NCBI GenBank assembly: GCA_026026165.1
Contig: JAPEUD010000017.1
Span: forward strand, 248,001 to 312,000
Source of the DNA: Sarea resinae
Lineage: Eukaryota
Length of the DNA stretch: 64,000 nt
Direction: 5' to 3'
In this document: in pieces, positions 1 to 12,968 of the stretch
Layout of the letters: the number at the start of each line of letters is the position of its first letter
Position numbering within the stretch: the first letter of the stretch is position 1
Position numbers and translations under genes: made by a program
Notes under the pieces: generated by a model
The model's input: only the letters and a program-made list of their open reading frames with translations
Databases searched by the model: none
What the model was told of the DNA's origin: nothing

Positions 1-60
1 GAACCTGATCCTGCTCGATGACGATTGAGTCGTGGACTGACGTTTCCTGTACAGTGTCAT
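1..60 (-). CDS. Possible start of a gene running off the left edge (MTLYRKRQSTTQSSSSRIRF...)
   Basis: ATG at 60-58 is open to the edge and lies downstream of promoter-like sequence; it is too short to verify. Confidence 0.25.
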   Translation of the reverse strand, partial: MTLYRKRQSTTQSSSSRIRF

Positions 61-822
61 GTCGCGTGTGAGAAAAAGAAAGATTGTAATAATGATGATA
101 GCATTAGGGGAGGTGGCTACAGAACCAAAAGCAGACCCGACCGTCAATAGAGGATGAAAGCGCACGTGAGAGGACAGCCCCTCTCAAAGCAGATAACCTA
201 AATCCGAGTCACTGCAGAGTATAGATACATGCTGCTGTATGCGCTGCAGTACTGTGCCATAGGTAGAGAGTACCGTATGAGGTGCACAGAAGTTCCAGCA
301 AGGTACGACATGTCGTGCATAATCCAATCGTTCTTCTTGGCTCTTCTTGGCCGCCACTCCCCACACTCCCTACTCTATTCTCAGCTGTACCTTGCTCTAC
401 TCTAATGAGTAAGGTAAGCTACAGAGCTTACACACAACCGGGCTCGACCTGTGACCCGGTTACAGTAGAGTACTGTGTACTGTGATTAAATGATCTAAAT
501 GTCATACCTCAATTCGTACGATGATGCATCATCCTGCCCCATGAGCCATCCTAATCTCAGGCAATTCACGGCCATTATCGGGTTGAATGTATTTCCGCTA
601 GTGGTGAGAGATGAGATTAGTCTATCAGGGTGTATGATTATACCACTCGGCGGAGCGGCCGGGAAAACTATTGCAAGGATTACAACGGGTGGCCTAAAAT
701 GCAAGGGTGCTCGGAAAAAAATACAGGTACTGTTTGAGAATGGCGCCCATACAGAACTAATATAGACGCTTTCTCAAATATCAACAATAAGACATCCTTA
801 AGAAAATACCACGCTCCATGGT

Positions 823-3800
823 TCAACCCGTTTCGCCGTCACCATCCGATTGTTGCTGTCGAGTCTTCGGTCTGTGCAAAGAGCGACTCAGTGCCTGCTT
901 GATCCGCTTCCCGCCCTGAAGATACAGCCATGAGCAGGCAAAGACGACCATAAAGTTGAAAATGCAGTAGGCGAAAACGATGCCATAATCTCGCCAAGCA
1001 TTGCGATAATAGACGTTGAAGCTGGCAGCCTGTATGGAAGACGGAATTAGCTATACATGATTTACCACACAAGGGCGTCATTAACTTACGAATTCATCTC
1101 CGTTGGCATACTGACAAAATTCGCACATTCCAGCCACCTCTTGAACATAACCTCCCGTGCTTTTGATGAAGCCCTGCGTGTATTGCTGACACGTCTGCCC
1201 GGAAGGTGGAGTGAAGCGTGAAAATTCATCAGAAGCACACTTCACGGGAACGCCATGGACAGCCACGCCCAGAAAGCCCTCGACTACCCAGTGGAAGGGC
1301 GAGAGCCAATACATCCATCTCCTCCAGAAGGTTGGTAAGGCTGCAAACGGGACGACCACACCACAGAATGCAATGACAAAGATAAAGAACATCGGGACTA
1401 AAATGGATGCTAGAACCTCATTTGGTGCAAATGAAGCGATTGCTTGACCCAAGCCGACGTAGTAGACCTCGAAAAGCATGAGGAGCATCCATGTGTAGCC
1501 TGCATTGTAGCTGTTCCGCGAGAAACCAACTCCCCAATACCAGCAGTTGAAGTACACAGATCCGGCAAAGATCGAATAAGGTAATTCAACCAGGACAGCT
1601 CCGATACAAAATGCCACCCATGAATAGATCTTCGACTTGGATTCCCTGGATTCGTAGATGTCTCGAAATTGGATGAACCTCGGCTGGAGTTGCTGAATGA
1701 GAGGAGGTGCGATAGTGAGCGTCATGAAAATCGAGAACAATCTATTTTGCATGTCGATTCGCCTTTCGCCGATCATCCAAAACGTAAAGGTATTGAACAG
1801 ACCAGTAACTATGTGCAGCATAACCTTGCCAATCATGTAAGGCGGCGTTCTCCAATAGGCTATGAATGAGCGCTTGACAACGGTCACAATTTGGGTTCCA
1901 ACAGGCATGGCGTATTCCCGATCGTCTTTTAGTGAACCCGATGCCGGCACTTCGCGCCGATCTTTGACCATCTGCTGGATTTCCTTGGTGCGATCTGCCA
2001 TCTCGGGAGACGAAGCCCACACATCCGCCCAGTCTTGACCGTGGTAATCCGGGTTTCCTGCACCTATAACTTCGAGCATGTATTCGGCTGGATTGGCATC
2101 ACGGGGACATGGCCTGCCGCCGTTTCGTTCGAAATAGCTGATAAGCTCTCGTGAGTCTTTGCCTAGGCTGCCGTGATAGACTACTCTCCCCCCACTCTTC
2201 AGCAGCAGAAGCTCGTCAAAATGCTCAAAGAGGACAGATGAAGGCTGATGAATGGTACATAATATTGCCTGACCCGCGTTCGCTAGTTTCCTCAAAAAGC
2301 GGACGATATTGAAAGCGGCGCCAGAATCGAGACCTGAAGTGGGCTCGTCGAGGAACATAAGAAGCTCTAATATTCGAGTCAGATTTGGTGAGTGCTAGCT
2401 TTCGAATGCTGAGGTACTTACCTGGCTTACTGGCCAGCTCGACACCGATCGTAACTCTTTTTCGCTGCTCCAGATTTAAGCCTGAGCCAATAGTACCAAT
2501 GATAGCGCCCGCAATATCGCTCATTTCCAGCAAGTCGATGATCTTCTCGCAATATTCATACTTATCTGCCAAGGGAACCTCTGCCGGCTGGCGAAGTTTG
2601 GCTGAGAACCTCAAAGCCTCCCGAACAGTAGCTGTAGGTTCATGGACATCTTGTTGCTCCGCAAAGCCAGTGGCTCGCTGAAAAGAATGGGGGAGTGGAC
2701 GACCATCGACTAGGAAAGTCCCGGAAACGACCCCAAAGTTGATGCGTTGGGCCAAAGTATTCAAAAGAGTGGTTTTACCCGCGCCTATGGCTGTTAGATC
2801 ATATAGGCAAAGAGCGAAAATGTAACTTACCGGAAGCGCCCATAAGGGCGGTCAATCGCCCTGGTCTGACATAGCCCTGGACATCCTGAAGAAGCTTTCG
2901 CTGCCCGCCAGGCACTGGAATAGTATAGTTGACATTCTGGTAAGTAAATACCGTGGTATTTCTTGCAACACCTTTGGCTTCATCTTTGTCTGTCTCAGAG
3001 CTGCTGTATTCCCCCCCTCCCGCCTTGACAATGCTATCTTTATCAGCGGTCTCTTCATCATTCGGTATTCTGATTCCGTCAATGGCCTGATCTACCGAAT
3101 TGGGCGTTTGACCACGTTTGTAAATCGTCACAGCTCCTCCACCTTTGTTGGGCTTCTGCATTTCCATACCCAAGGCACCAAGTAGCATGAAGAAGATGAA
3201 GAACGCGCAGATAATTCCGAAATTGCGCCATAGATGCGCGCGGGTATAAGAGAAGGCAGTTTCAATGTAGTCTGCACCGTTGACAATGAGCTGTCCAGGC
3301 TGGCTTCCTTGAATAAGGCAAGATTGATGCCCAGCCAGAACACCAGGGCCGATAGGGACAATATCGGGCGAAACGCATTGGATTTTCAGATTATAAAATT
3401 CATTGGACATCAACGCTTCGAATCCGTACTGAACCGGATCAATCCAGCGAACTGTGACCAGGTTAGCTTCGATGGCCATGATATCCGTACAGGTACGGGC
3501 AATTTGATGCCTCGGACTTACGCCAGCTAAACCATGGATGCATGCTCTTCGGCGGAACTGTTGACAGTCAGTTTAAGCAAATTTGCAGTGACAATACAAT
3601 GAAAGACTCACTCAGGTAACCGGTGTATACGACGAGAGCTTGAATGGCAACTCCTGTAATACGGGTTGCTACGTCCAGTGATGGGCAAATGGCGCCGATC
3701 GAGCGGAAAAATGAGTACATCGTCATTGTCGTGATGAAAAGGAATAGCAGACTGATGAAGAATTGCGAGGCCGTCCGCTGAAGGTTTGCCATGAAGTAGA

Positions 3801-5921
3801 CGACCAGGTTGAATATTGAGACCTGGACGAGTACTAATGGCACATCCACGACGGTCTGGGCAATGGCAAAGGCAGCTGGGCGGTAGAATGAACTATTCAA
3901 ATTGTCAGTCGATGAATTCCATACGATGATTCCGGCGAATGGCGCAGTAAATGTGAAGAGAAGCTTACAAGCTCTTGTGCTTCAGTAGTATTGGCCGGCT
4001 CCCAAATGCTGAAGTCAATTCGGCAAGAGCAAGAAGAGCGTTGAAGAGGAGCATAAAGAACATGACGCCACCTCGAGGAAAGACTCCTGCGCTCGTTTTC
4101 GGTTGATTGTAGAAAAGGCTTCCAACGATCAGCGCCAGAAACAAAATTCCTCCCCATTTGCTGACCAGGGTCTGCTTGTCGCCGACCAGGACGAGGAATT
4201 GACGCCGCGTACAAGCAAGCACTTGCTTGTGAAACGGTATGGCATAATTCCTCTTCACTGTATTTTTCGATTGAGCTGATTCCCGTTCGCGGCTTTGCTG
4301 TTCGAGTCCGGATTCAAAAGCCTTGATATCAGCAAGGTTTGCTCGATAGATAGAGCTCTCTTTGTAAGCGTTTGCTAATTGAGCTCCGGACCTGGGAACA
4401 CGATGCTCCCATCCTTCTTTGATTTGCCGCTCATGCTCATCGGTAATCGAAGTGATGAAATCTGCGGTCGTCCACCGATCCGGGGCCTGACAGATCAGCA
4501 TTGGTAAGTCGCTCAAAGAAAAGATCGGCACTCACGGTATAGCCCAGCCCTTCGAAATAAGCTCTGGCTTCTTCGGTACGTCCAAAGAAGCAGCATTTCC
4601 CTTCATGTATCAGCATGACCTTGTCGAACAAGTTATACAAGGTCTCGCCAGCCTGATATAGGGCAACAGAAGTAGAGATCTCAGCCATATTGGTGAGTGC
4701 CCTCAAACTCTCAACGTATTCGAGGGCGGTGTTCGCGTCTAGACCTCGGGTTGAATTATCCCAGCATTGAGTGCTAGCTTTGGTGATCATGGCCTCAGCT
4801 ATACTGACGCGTTTCTTCTCCCCTCCCGATACACCTCGAACGTAAGCATCCCCAACTTTAGTACCCATAGTGTGTTCAATCCAAAATAGCTTAGCAACTA
4901 CTCGCAAGAATTCCCGCACGTAATCAGTTCGGCTTTCGCCTTCGTTTCGACCGCTCTTTCCAGGCGTGCGGCATGTCAGCGCGAAGGTCAAAGTGTCTTT
5001 GACTGAGAGTGTAGCGTAGTGGAGGTCGTCCTCGGGGTTGTACAACACTGTGTGAGCCAGAATGTAAGCGTTCAAAATGAACCAACAAAACTTGAATGAA
5101 AGTAAATGATTACCTTCTCCCCTGAACTGCTTCATCATAGTCCCCGCGTCTGTCCCGCCATACGTAACATCTCCTTGGATACTCTCATAGCCAAATCTTT
5201 GATTGCCCAGAACTTTCAGGAAAGTCGAACAGCCCGCCCCCGGTCGACCCAAGACCAGCAACATCTCCCCAGGTCTTACGCATCCAGTGAAGTTGTCTAA
5301 GAGAGTCCTGACAGGTGGTTTCGCAAATGTTCTTCGCGGACCTTTCGTTGCGAGACTGAGGAATAGACGAGGAAGTCCCAGTAGCACGTCACCGACGGTT
5401 GGCGCCAGAGCAGCTCCAATGCCCATCCCAGTGACAGTGAGATTGCGAAAGATGACACCCAAATGGCGGGTCTTCTCCTCCGCAGACTGTTCTTGTCTAC
5501 TTGTACCAAACATGCGAGACATCAGTCTTTCAATCTCGTCATGCTCTTCCTTAGTATCTAGTTGATCTCCAGTCGACCCCACTCGACCGCTAGTATTCGT
5601 GCGCCTTTTGGACAGCACTTTGAATAGCTGGTCTTCGTCTTTTGAGCTCAGTCCAGAGGCGGTCTGCTTGAACGGTGGCCGTGATGCTGACCGACTCGTC
5701 TCGGCAGCTCTGATAGGTTCATATCTGTCGAGACTATCCTCGTCGTCTTTTTCAAAAGCTTCTTCGTAGGGTGAACTGGTGGCCTGGTCAATGCCATGAG
5801 CAATGCGTTTCTGCCCTGGCTGGCGACCATTGATTTGCGGCACTGTGTCTTGTGACGGCGTCTCTGGCCATGCACCCGGAGCCGCATCCTTCTCATATGC
5901 ATTGTCAAGATTCCCGCCCAT
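823..5921 (-). CDS. Full-size PDR-type (ABCG) multidrug ABC transporter, multi-exon
   Basis: NBD1 has [22 protein letters not shown] and [13 protein letters not shown]2 has [24 protein letters not shown] and [10 protein letters not shown]; there are two TMDs. ATG at 5921 (MGGNLDNA); last exon [16 protein letters not shown]...TGA at 825-823. Canonical GT-AG introns traced by hand. Confidence 0.95.
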
Positions 5922-8451
5922 GGCGTCGACTCGCCTGCGGCAAAAGTGTAGGTTCGAGGGGACGAATTTTGGCGGCGATGCTGGACTCGACGAGAGGGGC
6001 AACTTGTTTCCCAGCTATGGAGTGGTTGAATAGCGACAATAGTAATAATGTTGTACTAAGAAGCAAAAAGTGTGTTGAGAGGGGGGTGGGAGTCTAGTAG
6101 CTTCTATTATTCGAGCTGACACTCCAATATTTAGCCCATCTGAACAGGTGGCAGGTCTAAACACGGGAAATCAACAGCGTCGGATGTCTGACTGAGTCCG
6201 CTCCGGCCCAATGATCACCCCGACGTTCCTCGATTGGAAGAGAAGATGAAGACGAAATAGGACCCAAAGAGGACCCAAACAGGCCAGGCCAAGACAGGAT
6301 CAGTCCCGTTAGTAGGCTGGTAGGAAACGGCAAGGGTAAGGTCACGTAGGTAAGAAATTAAAAGGAAGATGGTGGAGGTAGACAAGGTCAGGTAGGTGGA
6401 GATGGCTGGGGTCAAGATGATTGAGTGCCCAGATGGTGGAGGACCATCAGCGTAGAGGCGGTAATCAGACAAACTTGATTACCTTACCTACCTACGAAGA
6501 CCAGCCACCTGCGGTAGCAAGCCGTTTTGCCCTCAGGTATGTTGTTTCCCTCGAGGGTGGGCGGAATCCACGTTGGTCCTGGGGCCCACCTCACACAATA
6601 ATGTAAGACGTCACCTTGAGCAAGTCTCACGCCGCCATTCAACACCTGCATGTCTGCAAAGGTAAGGTAAGGTGCGAAGGACAGTACGAATTAGTAGATA
6701 CTCCATACCTACCGTACCTCCCTAGAGAAAAGGCTAGTAGGATAAGGTCAGGCAAGTGTAAAGTGCTACCTTGGGTGTGGTTAGTAGGTGATCCATCGCC
6801 CAGACGGAATACAGTAAGCCAGTAGATAAGTCACGGTGGCTACCGTACCTACCTACCTATCATACCTGACCTAAGGTAGGTAGTATGTATACCTTGCCTC
6901 GATGTAGAGAGGTAATCTCAATCAAGTGGATAGGTAGGTACAGTATCTAAGGCCTCTACTGACTGTCGGTGTTAGAAGGGGGTCAATCGCAGTCACGACA
7001 AAGAGAATCTACCTTACTGCGCAGTAGGCGGTGATGATGCATGCGGCAAGCTGGGCTCGCGAGGTCTCAAGCTGGAGGGTTTGGCCCGCTAATCGACAGG
7101 CCCGCTTACCTTAGTCGCATCGCATCGGTTCTAGATGAGGTACCTCAGGTAGTTGCTGATCGCTCGCCCATGGATCTCTCAGGTACCTGCTCCGTACCTA
7201 TCGATCTCTCTTCTGCTCGCTTCAGCTGCTGAGGGGACTGCTAAGATACCTACTGGTACTGTCATCTTACGGAGTCGCACCTCGTAAGGTCATTCAGCCG
7301 GGTTCGTCAAGGTCGGCAATCTTGAATGCGATGTCCCGCCACTACTCTATCTGTGCCTTGCCCACTACCTTACCTACTACCTACCTAAGGCACTCTTCGC
7401 GCGTCCATCATGTTATCCATTGTATCTACGGTACGTAAGCACGCGACTCAAGCCCACCTGCACTCGCTCAGAGAAGGGTTGAGGGATCAATGTTCCCGTC
7501 TCACCCGCCTACATTACTACAGTACCTTCCTGCGCAGTACCTCCTATTGGAGATACCGTCCAAGGCTTATCCTTCTCTCGGACTCAGCACCCTTTTCCCT
7601 CCGACCCCGAGCCTCCGACCCCGACCGACCACGGACGGTTCCTTCATTTCCTCCGCCCCCTACTCCGAGGCGCCAAGTACATGGATCTGCAATCGTTCCA
7701 AGATGGTTGACAGAGCCGCCCCACGGTGCCCCGCCCCGGCGTCAAGGCACAGTACGTAATCCATGTTCTGGGGCATCTACCTACTGCTATCCATGTAATT
7801 GCCCTTTGGAGCCAAAGGTACCCTAAGGGATCTCGGGCTAGCTGCTCATGTGGTCCTATTACATTTTGGTCTTGTCGTCGTTGTGATTTTATGCCCTTCA
7901 ATGCAACGCACTTAGCTTTCCTCTTTTAAAAAGGAGCGTCTTACAACCAAGACATTTGATTTTAAAACATCTCTCTTTCGAGTCGATTTTTTGGAGGAAA
8001 CATTTTATATACTCTATTATCTATTTACAGCTATATACATATCATCTTAAACGCTACAACTAACTCTCTAGGTTCTGGAGAGGGATTCATGCATACCTAG
8101 TAGCTTCTAATCATACCTTAGCTTTCGTACGGTATTCTGTATGCCATGTGATTCATGAACGGAAACAGGTAGAAAAGGTAATGACTACCTATCTAGGTAC
8201 TCCGTACATCTCTGCCTCTCGGGCCGGACTCTCGACTACAAGTCTGCAGGTTGATGGAGGTGTAGATATTCGGTAAAGGTTGCCACCACCCGATTGCTAG
8301 GTTAATCAGACAGCGCGGTCTTGATCATCTATGCACCTGACCGCTACAGAGTATAGCAGAAGGCCATGAAAGGCAGCTGATTGAGCTAAGCAGAACGTTG
8401 TAATGATCGGCTCAAAGTTACGCTAAATGCAACATAAATAAAATCAAGCTC

Positions 8452-9572
8452 TCATTCCATAAATTTCTCGACATCTCCTACTACAGACTTCAGTATCTCC
8501 GGTATCACAACAGCGGCATCTCCTTCAAAGAACCAGTCACCATCTACAAGATCACCAGGCGTGTCCGCTCGGTCCATATTCACTACTGCTACCCGAGCCC
8601 CTTTAGCTCTCGCGCTGTCCACATACCCAGCCGCAGGCCACACTTTGGCGCTTGTCCCAATGACCATGATGAGATCGATCCTATCCGAATCATCGATCCA
8701 CTTTTCGACAGCTGAGAGGGTCTGGCCCGGCAAGGACTCTCCAAACCAAACCACTGCCGGGCGTAGAATACCGCTTTTGCACTTTGGACAATGTGGTAAA
8801 TCACTGATACGTAGCTCTGGGAGAGCCACTCTCTCGTCTGAGATATCAACTTCCGTTGTTGACCCTTCTATATCACGGCAGACAGGCTCATCGGTGGTGA
8901 CACTCATACTTTCTTCAAAAAAGCCGGTCGGCTGCGACCCAGCCTCGGGTAAAGCTAATGCAGGGACAATTGGATCTGTAAAGTTGTCGCGTTCTGCATA
9001 GTCGCAGTAGAACGATGTACATTTCACATCATACAAGGATCCGTGAAGAAGATGAAGCTTCGAACTAGGATGATGTGCCCTCTGTGAGAGTCCTGGAGTA
9101 GGGCATTAGCCAGATACATGAAATGGACTCCAACCACAGGCTTTATACCATCCACGTTTTGACTTAGCGTCAAGAAGCCATCCTTTCTTCTAGAAAACTC
9201 CGCTAGAGCGTAGTGAGCCTCGTTTGGTTTGACGTTCAGCGCCATATGCCTTCTGTAGCTGTAGAATTGCCATACGAGTCCTGGATCGGCATTGAATGCT
9301 GCAGGAGTCGCCAAGGACATAGCATCGTAAGTCCGCCATAGCCCGCCCGCCCCCCTAAATGTAGGAAGACCCGAAGAGGCAGAGAGACCAGCACCGAGCA
9401 ATGCGAGAATGCGTTGGGACGCCTGCAAGTAGGCGGAGAAGGATTCTATGTCAGCAGGGGGAATGGCCGCCTTAGAAAACGCCGAGGAAGCCATGGATGG
9501 GTCTTGAGGAGGTATTTGAGCGGCACTCTGTAGGGTTCGGTCGTAGGCGGTCATGGATCGAGCGATCGCCAT
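8452..9572 (-). CDS. Sir2-family NAD-dependent deacylase, class III (SIRT5-like), 2 exons
   Basis: Motifs GAGLSASSGLPTFRG, WQFYSYRR, SQNVDG|LSQRA...LHGSL, CxxC zinc ligands, RPAVVWFGE and GTSAKVWPAAG. The start may be a downstream ATG (9552 or 9494). Confidence 0.92.
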
Positions 9573-10163
9573 ACTGAGCAGGAGCAGTCACTCTCTGCAA
9601 TGGCTAACATTGCTCTGGTAAGCTGGGCTGCTTGCTGTGACCCGGGCAGGTAGATTCCATTGTCATCCATATCAAGTTCGCTCGTGCTACCTAAGGGCTA
9701 TCTTCAAAGCACCGTGACGTATGTTTTAGGTGGCATTACCTTCAGATTAGTACCGGTAGCTTTCGATTGGTCGAAAATACGCAGAGGTACCTCGTACAAG
9801 CAGCTATCTAAGGTACCTCAGATAGGAAAATTGGTTACATGACATTGCCTTACGTACCGTGCTACCTACAATGCTCGACAGAGCCCAAGGAATTTCATGA
9901 ACCCGATATCAGAGTAGTTCGACAAGATAAAAATAAGACGTCTGTAATTTAGATTTCAATTTCAACTGTTACTATCCCTTGTATGAAGGCGGCGTTGTTT
10001 CTCCAGTGAGCTGCCCTCGCCCGTGGGCCGGAGCTTTGAGAATCTGCGCCTCTGGTCCCAACCATTTCCCTTATTTCCGACCGAGGGACGTTCGCGATTC
10101 CGGCTTGTAGCCGGCGGAATCTGCTCACAGGCAACCTCTGGGAGTAATCACAACAAATAAAGA

Positions 10164-12203
10164 ATGAAAGCAGCTCTGCGGGTTTTATATCGACTCCCTA
10201 GCTGTTGTCGGTATGCACAGCTCCGGCCAAGGGTATCTTTGACGAAGAGGACCATCCGGACATTGCCAGGCTCGAGCTCTCGATCGCGATCATACGCTTC
10301 TGTGTCTGCAGCCGAACTGCAATTCGGCCAGCCACTCCACGAGACCCACCCTCACTTGTTGAAAAGAGGCGAAGGCATGTTTAGTCTCAGTCATTTGAGT
10401 TGAAGGTTGATACCGGGACTAAATTTGGAAATTTCCGTCACAGTTACCCCTGGAATCAGCGCATTAGAATATGCCAATCGTCGTTCGAAGCTTGCCGCTG
10501 CACTCCCCAAAAATGCGGTTGCTATAGTGGCGGCTGCTGATGTAAAATATCGCTCAGGAGCAGTTTTCTACGAATTCCATCAGAACTCCAATTTTTTCTA
10601 CCTCACAGGTGCGCCTCCTAATTATACAAGGGTTGAAGACTAGACTAAACTCCTGGCAGGCTTCAACGAACCTGAGGCACTGGCTGTGATAGGTATAATA
10701 AGTTTGGGTATACTGCCACAGTACTTGAGCTAATACGATATAGAAAAGACTGGAGATGACGCGGACCACATCTTCCACCTTTTTGTCCGACCAAAAGACC
10801 CAAGAGCGGAACAATGGGACGGAGCTCGCTCAGGAGTTCAGGCGGCGTTGGATGTCTTCAATGCCGATGAAGTAGGAACAAATCTACGTCCCTTTGCCAA
10901 TCTTGTGGGCTGACATGGATAGGCAGGAGATGTGAATGAAATAGGGACGTCGCTGCCCCCAATCGTTGCACGAGCTAGCGAGGTTTATACGGACATTCAT
11001 ACTTCAAGAGATTCGTCTCCTTTTTCTAGGTTCTTCTCTGGGTCGTCGAAGAAGATGGAAGGTCTTCGGCATCTCATTGGCACGAGTAAAACAAAGCCTC
11101 TAAAGCCTACCGTCAACAGTCTTCGAGTCTTTAAAAGTGCAGCAGAGATCTCGAACATGAGGAAAGCGGGGCAAGCATCTGGACGAGGTTATACAGAAGC
11201 TATGCGGCAGAGCTTCAACAAGGAGAAGGACTTAGCTGCTTTTCTAGAATACCAGTTCAAGATAAGGGGCTGCGATTCTTCAGCATACGTGCCAGTTGTC
11301 GCTGGCGGAGAGGTACGTTGAGATTCTTCGCGCGCGATACAACAATGCTGATCGTGGCTAGAACGCGCTTAGCATTCATTATGTGCGCAACGATGATGTT
11401 CTCAGGTAAGATAATCCAAAGCTACTCAAGCTGAACATTACTAACCTGCCGAAGTGACGATCAACTCGTCTTAGTTGACGCTGGTGGGGTGAGTCTCTAG
11501 AGCTGACTGCCGTGGCCGATGAATTGACAGCTCTCATAGGAATATGGTGGATACATCACGGATATAACGCGAACCTGGCCTGTCAGTGGAAAATTCTCCG
11601 GACCTCAAAAGGATCTCTACGAAGCCATCTTGAAAGTCCAAAGAAGTTGCGTGTCTCTCTGTCGGGAAGATGCCAACCTCTCTCTTGACAAGCTTCACGA
11701 GATTGCGGAGCAAGGTCTAAGAGACCAACTAAAACAACTCGGGTTCAATATGTCAGGAAGGGTATGTATTCACAGTCGTCTTTTACCGCGCCTGATCGGT
11801 CTCTTACTCACCTGCGACACCCCCAGGCATTGGAGGCGCTCTTCCCACATCACTTGGGCCACTACATCGGACTGGACGTCCATGATTCTCCTGGATATCC
11901 TCGCACCGGACATCTGCGAGCAGGGCAATGCATAACCATTGAGCCGTAAGTCAACCGGTGCATGTGTTGATATACACAATGTCTAATGGGTTCAGGGGCC
12001 TCTACGTGCCAGATGATGATCGCTGGCCCGAGCATTTTAGGGGTATCGGGATTAGGATAGAAGACAGCGTGTGCATACAAGAGGAGACTCCGTTGATCTT
12101 GACGACAGAAGCCCCGAAAGAGGTAAGTCTGCCACTCAATGACCCTACCGCTTGCATCTGACCCTGTAAGGTTGTCGACATCGAAGCGCTCCGCAAAGCT
12201 TAG
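10164..12203 (+). CDS. ICP55: Mitochondrial intermediate cleaving peptidase / Xaa-Pro aminopeptidase (M24B), about 11 exons
   Basis: Arg-rich presequence; motifs [48 protein letters not shown] and [10 protein letters not shown]; stop TAG at 12201-12203. Confidence 0.92.
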
Positions 12204-12968
12204 ACGAAAGAGGAAGTAGCTCACCGCGTCTAGCGATCGTAGAGGGGTAGATATTAGTGAGAAGCTTTGTTTATGTCCACATATGATGATGATGTAGAGA
12301 AGCACCCAAACACGATCAAATGTGATATTGGATGTAGCTCTGTGCACCACAAGGGCGTGCGATGTCGAGTCGATGCTCGAGGGCCCGTGAGCCCCCGAGA
12401 ATTCAAACCTGCGCGAGAGTTGACATGACCTGGTGCAGGTCCGTGGTCGAATTCCCACACCATTTGGGTCAAGTCTCTATCTAGACTGCTTTCGATGGCC
12501 TCGTAAGGGCATTTCAGCTGTTGCGATGGCAATGTTTACCTCGCATTAGCATGCAGGTACGAATCTGTCGCCGTGGGAAGCCTTAGCGTGCTTTGTCTAC
12601 GGGAACCGATGTACCTCGTATACATGTAAACACCTCCACAACAGACACACCTTCGCTCACACCCACACCTTACCTACTCTCTCTCTGTCTCTCTGTTACC
12701 TATACAACATCCGTGACTGGTGTCCATCAGAACAGTCAGAGCTCCTCCTGTTGTTCTTCTCCTCCTCCTCCTACACGCCCTTTGTTTGAGCTTCTCTACT
12801 CTTGTTCCATCCATTCAATGGCTCGAAGCTAAGTTCCCGAAGAAATCGGACGTGTAGCAAGTCGCGTGGCTGGTGCCCCTCCCTCGCCGGCCTGGGCATT
12901 CTCGGCCTCACTTGCTGCTACGTATGGCTGCCGTCTCATTCCCCCCGTCACCTCAGCCTCTCTCCATC

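Noticed and set aside
5048..5113. 66-nt stop-free, in-frame segment read through in the ORF track
   Set aside because: It is an ordinary GT-AG intron and there is no evidence for functional retention.
5225..5255. Walker A of the ABC NBD1 has Cys instead of Lys (GAGCST)
   Set aside because: This is the normal degenerate site of fungal PDR transporters.
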